Part shown: in pieces, positions 60,570-64,000 of the stretch
Position numbering within the stretch: position 1 is the first letter of the stretch
Layout: each line of letters starts with the position of its first letter
NCBI GenBank assembly: GCA_963760795.1
Contig: CAVXEP010000014.1
Coordinates: 19,500-83,499, forward strand
DNA length: 64,000 bases
Direction of reading: 5' to 3'
Source of the DNA: an uncultured delta proteobacterium
Lineage (GTDB): Bacteria; Desulfobacterota; Binatia; UBA9968
Position numbers and translations under genes: made by a program
The notes under the pieces: model-generated
What the model saw: only the letters and a program-made list of their open reading frames with translations
Told to the model about the DNA's origin: nothing
The model's database searches: none

Positions 60570-61026
60570 GGCCGCCATCTCACAAGCGTATCTACAAGGC
60601 GGATGGCCATAAGAAACACCTGGTACGGGAATCTTAATTGCGCGTAGTGCATCGAGACTAACCTCGCCACTTATCCCTCGCGGATCCTGCCGCGGGGTTA
60701 TTTGCTGCCTCTGTCGAGTTGGCGGCGGATCTCCGGGCACACTGCGGGTTGCCACCCAAACACTTGATAAAATTAATCTTTTTGCCTTTTCCAAATGCGC
60801 CGCCTGATAGTGACAGCTAAGCTTATTAGTACCGCCACAGCAGCGCTCCTTGGCACCGCTCGCTCTAGGAATAGCGTTGCATGCAGGAGCACCGGACTTT
60901 AAAAATCAATCCCACTCGTCGATGTCAATTGATTTGTAACAAAAAAATGGCTTGTTTTACTTGACATAACGTCCGTATTTAATGCTAAGTTTGGCAAGCC
61001 TTTGACCAATACCGAGACGGTGGCCC

Positions 61027-62337
61027 ATGGCAGAGCGGACAACACCAGAGTTCACCTATAGCCGAACTCAGCGGCTCCTCCAGGAAGGCAGCTACGACGA
61101 TGCGATTGCCATGCTTTCGCGGCGGGTCGAATCGCAGCCACTGGATCGCGCGGCTCGGTTGTTGTTGCTGTTTGCCAACATGTCCAAATTCGGCCCCGGC
61201 GAGTTCAAGCAGCAAATTGAAGAAATCAAGTTCATGAACGATTTTTCCGGCAACGAGCGGTATATCGTCCAGCAAATTTTTCTTGTCGGTTTCAGACATG
61301 CAGCGCAAGAAGGTCAGACGCTTCAAAAAATTGTCTATCAATGTCTCCTCAGGCGGCTCATGTTGGGGCATCCGCTCGATGTGGCGATTAGCGAGACTCG
61401 GGAGATCGAAGAAGAGTGCAGCAACCCATCTTCCGCCGAAGATATCTCTCCTACTTTGGCCATTGCGGAAATGAAACCCGTTGAGGCTGAGCCAGATGTG
61501 GCTCCGGTAGCGCCTACACGGATCCGGCGCTGGCGCCAACACGCGATGATAGGAGCGGGCGCGATGTTTACCATCGTTCTTTTAGGCTTCTATGTGGCCA
61601 CCGAACCTAAAGCGCCATTGGCACAGCAGCCGTCTTGGCCGCCTGCTCTGGTTGACGGCGGTGTTCAAATGGCGACCGGCGCAGATAGCAATCCACCCGC
61701 CGTCGTCTTGGCGCCGACATTTACCGCGGAGCCGACAAGACGGCTCATCGTCGGCCAGCTCGGAAAGTTGAACAACGCCTATGCCCGCTGGTCCAAAGCG
61801 GATCCCTCCACCAGCGGAACCGTGTCGCTTAAGCTCAGCATCGAACCGTCAGGGAAAATTGCCAAAGTCGAGGAAGTACTCTCCAGACTATCGGAACACC
61901 GGTTCCTCGACATAGTCGTCGCCGAGGTAAAACAGTGGAAACTACCGCTGGGCGGTACAAAACCCGCCGAGATCTCGGTGCCGCTGATTTTCATACCGGC
62001 TAAGGCCGGACCAGCGCAGCTGGCGGCAGAAGGCAAATCTCGCGGGCTTGGCGTGGCGCGCCAAGACCGCCCGTCAACGCGTACGAGGCTCGCGGCGGTC
62101 AAACCCAAACTCGCCGCCACGTCTACCATCCCGGAGAGTGAAACTGAAATCGCCCACACCGTTACGCTCAAACACGCACCGCGCTTCGCCGCCGACGTGA
62201 TCGAAGAAGTCGGTCTGGGAACGCGCGTGACGGTGCTGCGCAAAGAGCGCGATTGGATCAAAGTTAAGGTGAACGATTCAGGCAAGGTCGGTTATATGCG
62301 CAAGGAATATCTGGCGGCCGCCGACACTCTTCGTTAG
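61027..62337 (+). CDS. Bitopic membrane protein: helical N-domain, TM, TonB_C/AgmX-like domain, C-terminal SH3b
   Basis: TM AMIGAGAMFTIVLLGFYV; L...Y.R.....P...G.V.LKLSIEPSG.I..V...V..WK.P; L...P.....VI..V..GTRVTVL....DWIKV.....K.GYM. Confidence 0.65.
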   Translation: MAERTTPEFTYSRTQRLLQEGSYDDAIAMLSRRVESQPLDRAARLLLLFANMSKFGPGEFKQQIEEIKFMNDFSGNERYIVQQIFLVGFRHAAQEGQTLQKIVYQCLLRRLMLGHPLDVAISETREIEEECSNPSSAEDISPTLAIAEMKPVEAEPDVAPVAPTRIRRWRQHAMIGAGAMFTIVLLGFYVATEPKAPLAQQPSWPPALVDGGVQMATGADSNPPAVVLAPTFTAEPTRRLIVGQLGKLNNAYARWSKADPSTSGTVSLKLSIEPSGKIAKVEEVLSRLSEHRFLDIVVAEVKQWKLPLGGTKPAEISVPLIFIPAKAGPAQLAAEGKSRGLGVARQDRPSTRTRLAAVKPKLAATSTIPESETEIAHTVTLKHAPRFAADVIEEVGLGTRVTVLRKERDWIKVKVNDSGKVGYMRKEYLAAADTLR

Positions 62338-62391
62338 ATGGGTCAAGCTCTCCGCGTTAAAATTCATTTTTCTTGACGGTCTCGCCAGCAT

Positions 62392-64000
62392 CTAGCTGAC
62401 CGGCGCATTGACACCGACATGGGATGAAATCGCTTTACCATGTTTGCGCAGGAGCCACTCCGCGACAACCAGAGAGATCGCTAATACCAGTCCGATTCCA
62501 TTAGATACCCAGGTCAGCACCGCGAATGGGCCGGACGGAAGGAAAGGAATGAAGAGGCCGACGGCGGATAGAATAAACAGGGCGCGGCGAAGTGCGCCGA
62601 TCGGTTGAAATAGATAGCCCACCAGGCCGACCCCCAGCATAACCGTGGCGATCAGCGCGCAAAGCCACTGTTACGGAAACACTCTCCCAGGGACCGATCA
62701 AAAGTAGCGCCGGCGACAGAGCAAAAATAAACGGCACGATATAAGCCAAGATCCCCAAGCGCATGCACTCCCACCCGGTTTTCATCGGGTCCGCCTTGGC
62801 GATGGAAGCCGCGGTATAGGCCGCCAGGCACACCGGCGGCGTGATGGTGCTCAACATGCCGAAGTAGAAAATAAACAGATGCGCAGCGATCGGCATAATC
62901 CCCGCCTTGGTCAAGGCTGGGCCGATCAGCACCGCCAGCATGATATAGACGGCGGTGGTCGGCAAACTCAGTCCCGAGGATCATGTTGACGATCGCCGTG
63001 AGTACGAGCAAGAGAATGATGCTCGATTGGGCGACGTTCAACAGCGTGAAGGTCAAGGAAAAATCGAGACTGGTCAGCGCCAAAGCGCCGATGATGATGC
63101 CGGCGAGTCCGGTAATGATCGCGATATCGAGCAGGCCGCGCCCGGTATCGGCGAGGATGTTGACGATCTCCCGAAGCCAAGTTTGATCCCCGGCGTCAAC
63201 CAGCCGACGATGAAACAGGAGCCGGTCGCTAACAGGCCCGCGACTTCCGCGCGTTTTGGAATGAAGAACAGAAACGTGATCAACACCGCCAGCGGCACCA
63301 GGAAACCGGCCGAGTTGCGCATCACGGGCGCCATTTGAGGCAACTCTTCACGCGGCAGACCGCGAAGCTTATGCTTGCCGGCGAGCAAATCGACTTGCAC
63401 GAACAGCGCGACGTAGAACAAGCACCGCCGGCACCAGCGCGCGCAGCGCGACTTCGGGATAGGGCATCTGCAGATACTCGGCGATGAGAAAGGCCGCCGC
63501 GCCCATGACCGGCGGCATGATCTGGCCGCCGGTTGACGCCGTCGCTTCGACGGCGGCGGCAACATGCGTCGGATAGCCGGATTTTTTCATCATCGGAATC
63601 GTCATGGTGCCGTCGACGACAACGTTGGCGACGGCGCTGCCGCTGATGGTGCCGAACAAGCTCGATGACATGATCGCCATCTTGGCCGGCCCGCCGCGGA
63701 AACGGCCCATCAAGGCCAGCGACAGATCGGTCAAAAAGGCCGCGCCGCCAACGGCATAAAGCGCATTGCCGAATAAGATGAAGACCAAGACGATCCCCGC
63801 GGCGACTTCCAGGGACTGGCCGAAGATCCCGTTGCGGTCGAGATATAGATAGGTCGCGACCCGCTGCACCGACCAACCGCGGCCATAGAAGGGGCCGGGA
63901 AACAGATAGGCGAAGAAAGCGTAGAACAGAAAAATCGCCGCGATGATCACCAGCGACCAACCGGTCAGCCGCCGGCACGCCTCGGCGAGGAGAACAATCG
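62392..64000 (-). CDS. TRAP transporter 4TM/12TM fused permease (5' part outside window, several frameshifts)
   Basis: GRFRGGPAK...SS.LFGTISGSAVANV, TIPMMK..GY, EA.ASTGGQIMPPVMGAAAF, LPTTAVY, AHLFIFYFG.LS..TPPV. Confidence 0.88.

Noticed and set aside
60570-60960. ncRNA, riboswitch or sigma54 promoter in the AT-rich intergenic region
   Set aside because: Only short hairpins are present. TGGCAC near 60852 lacks the -12 TTGC at the correct spacing, and no known RNA motif or credible ORF was recognised.
154-64000. A dozen frameshifted genes as programmed frameshifting or mass pseudogenisation
   Set aside because: The breaks are isolated single-base indels without slippery heptamers or in-frame stops, and both halves are well conserved. 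Long-read consensus error is the most likely cause; read pile-ups would decide.

Overview
GC-rich bacterial chromosomal window. The gene content and intergenic repeat style resemble Binatia/Deltaproteobacteria-like metagenome-assembled genomes (inference). It carries about 50 genes. Twenty are solute-binding proteins (9 SsuA/NMT1-like, 6 TctC/Bug-like, 3 Fe/polyamine-type, 2 ABC_sub_bind-type) with no cognate ABC permease or ATPase in the window. They are interleaved with catabolic enzymes: LLM oxidoreductase, amidohydrolase, thiolase/DUF35 pair, Rieske oxygenase, atypical radical SAM, MmgE/PrpD x2, ornithine cyclodeaminase-like, hydantoinase A plus 2x B, nitroreductase x2 and metal-site-deficient M24 proteins x2. 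Many genes are split by single-base frameshifts, most likely long-read errors. Intergenic DNA is full of several families of nested palindromic and short-period repeats. The standout is a visibly lower-GC three-gene operon at 50.7-55.6 kb (minus strand): a GT2 glycosyltransferase fused to a degenerate RepB'-type (AEP) primase-like domain, then an FkbH-carrier protein-docking-tail fusion, then a GT1 glycosyltransferase, with no NRPS/PKS in the window. No rRNA, tRNA, CRISPR array or intact transposase/integrase was seen. All family calls come from motif recognition by eye; no searches were run.
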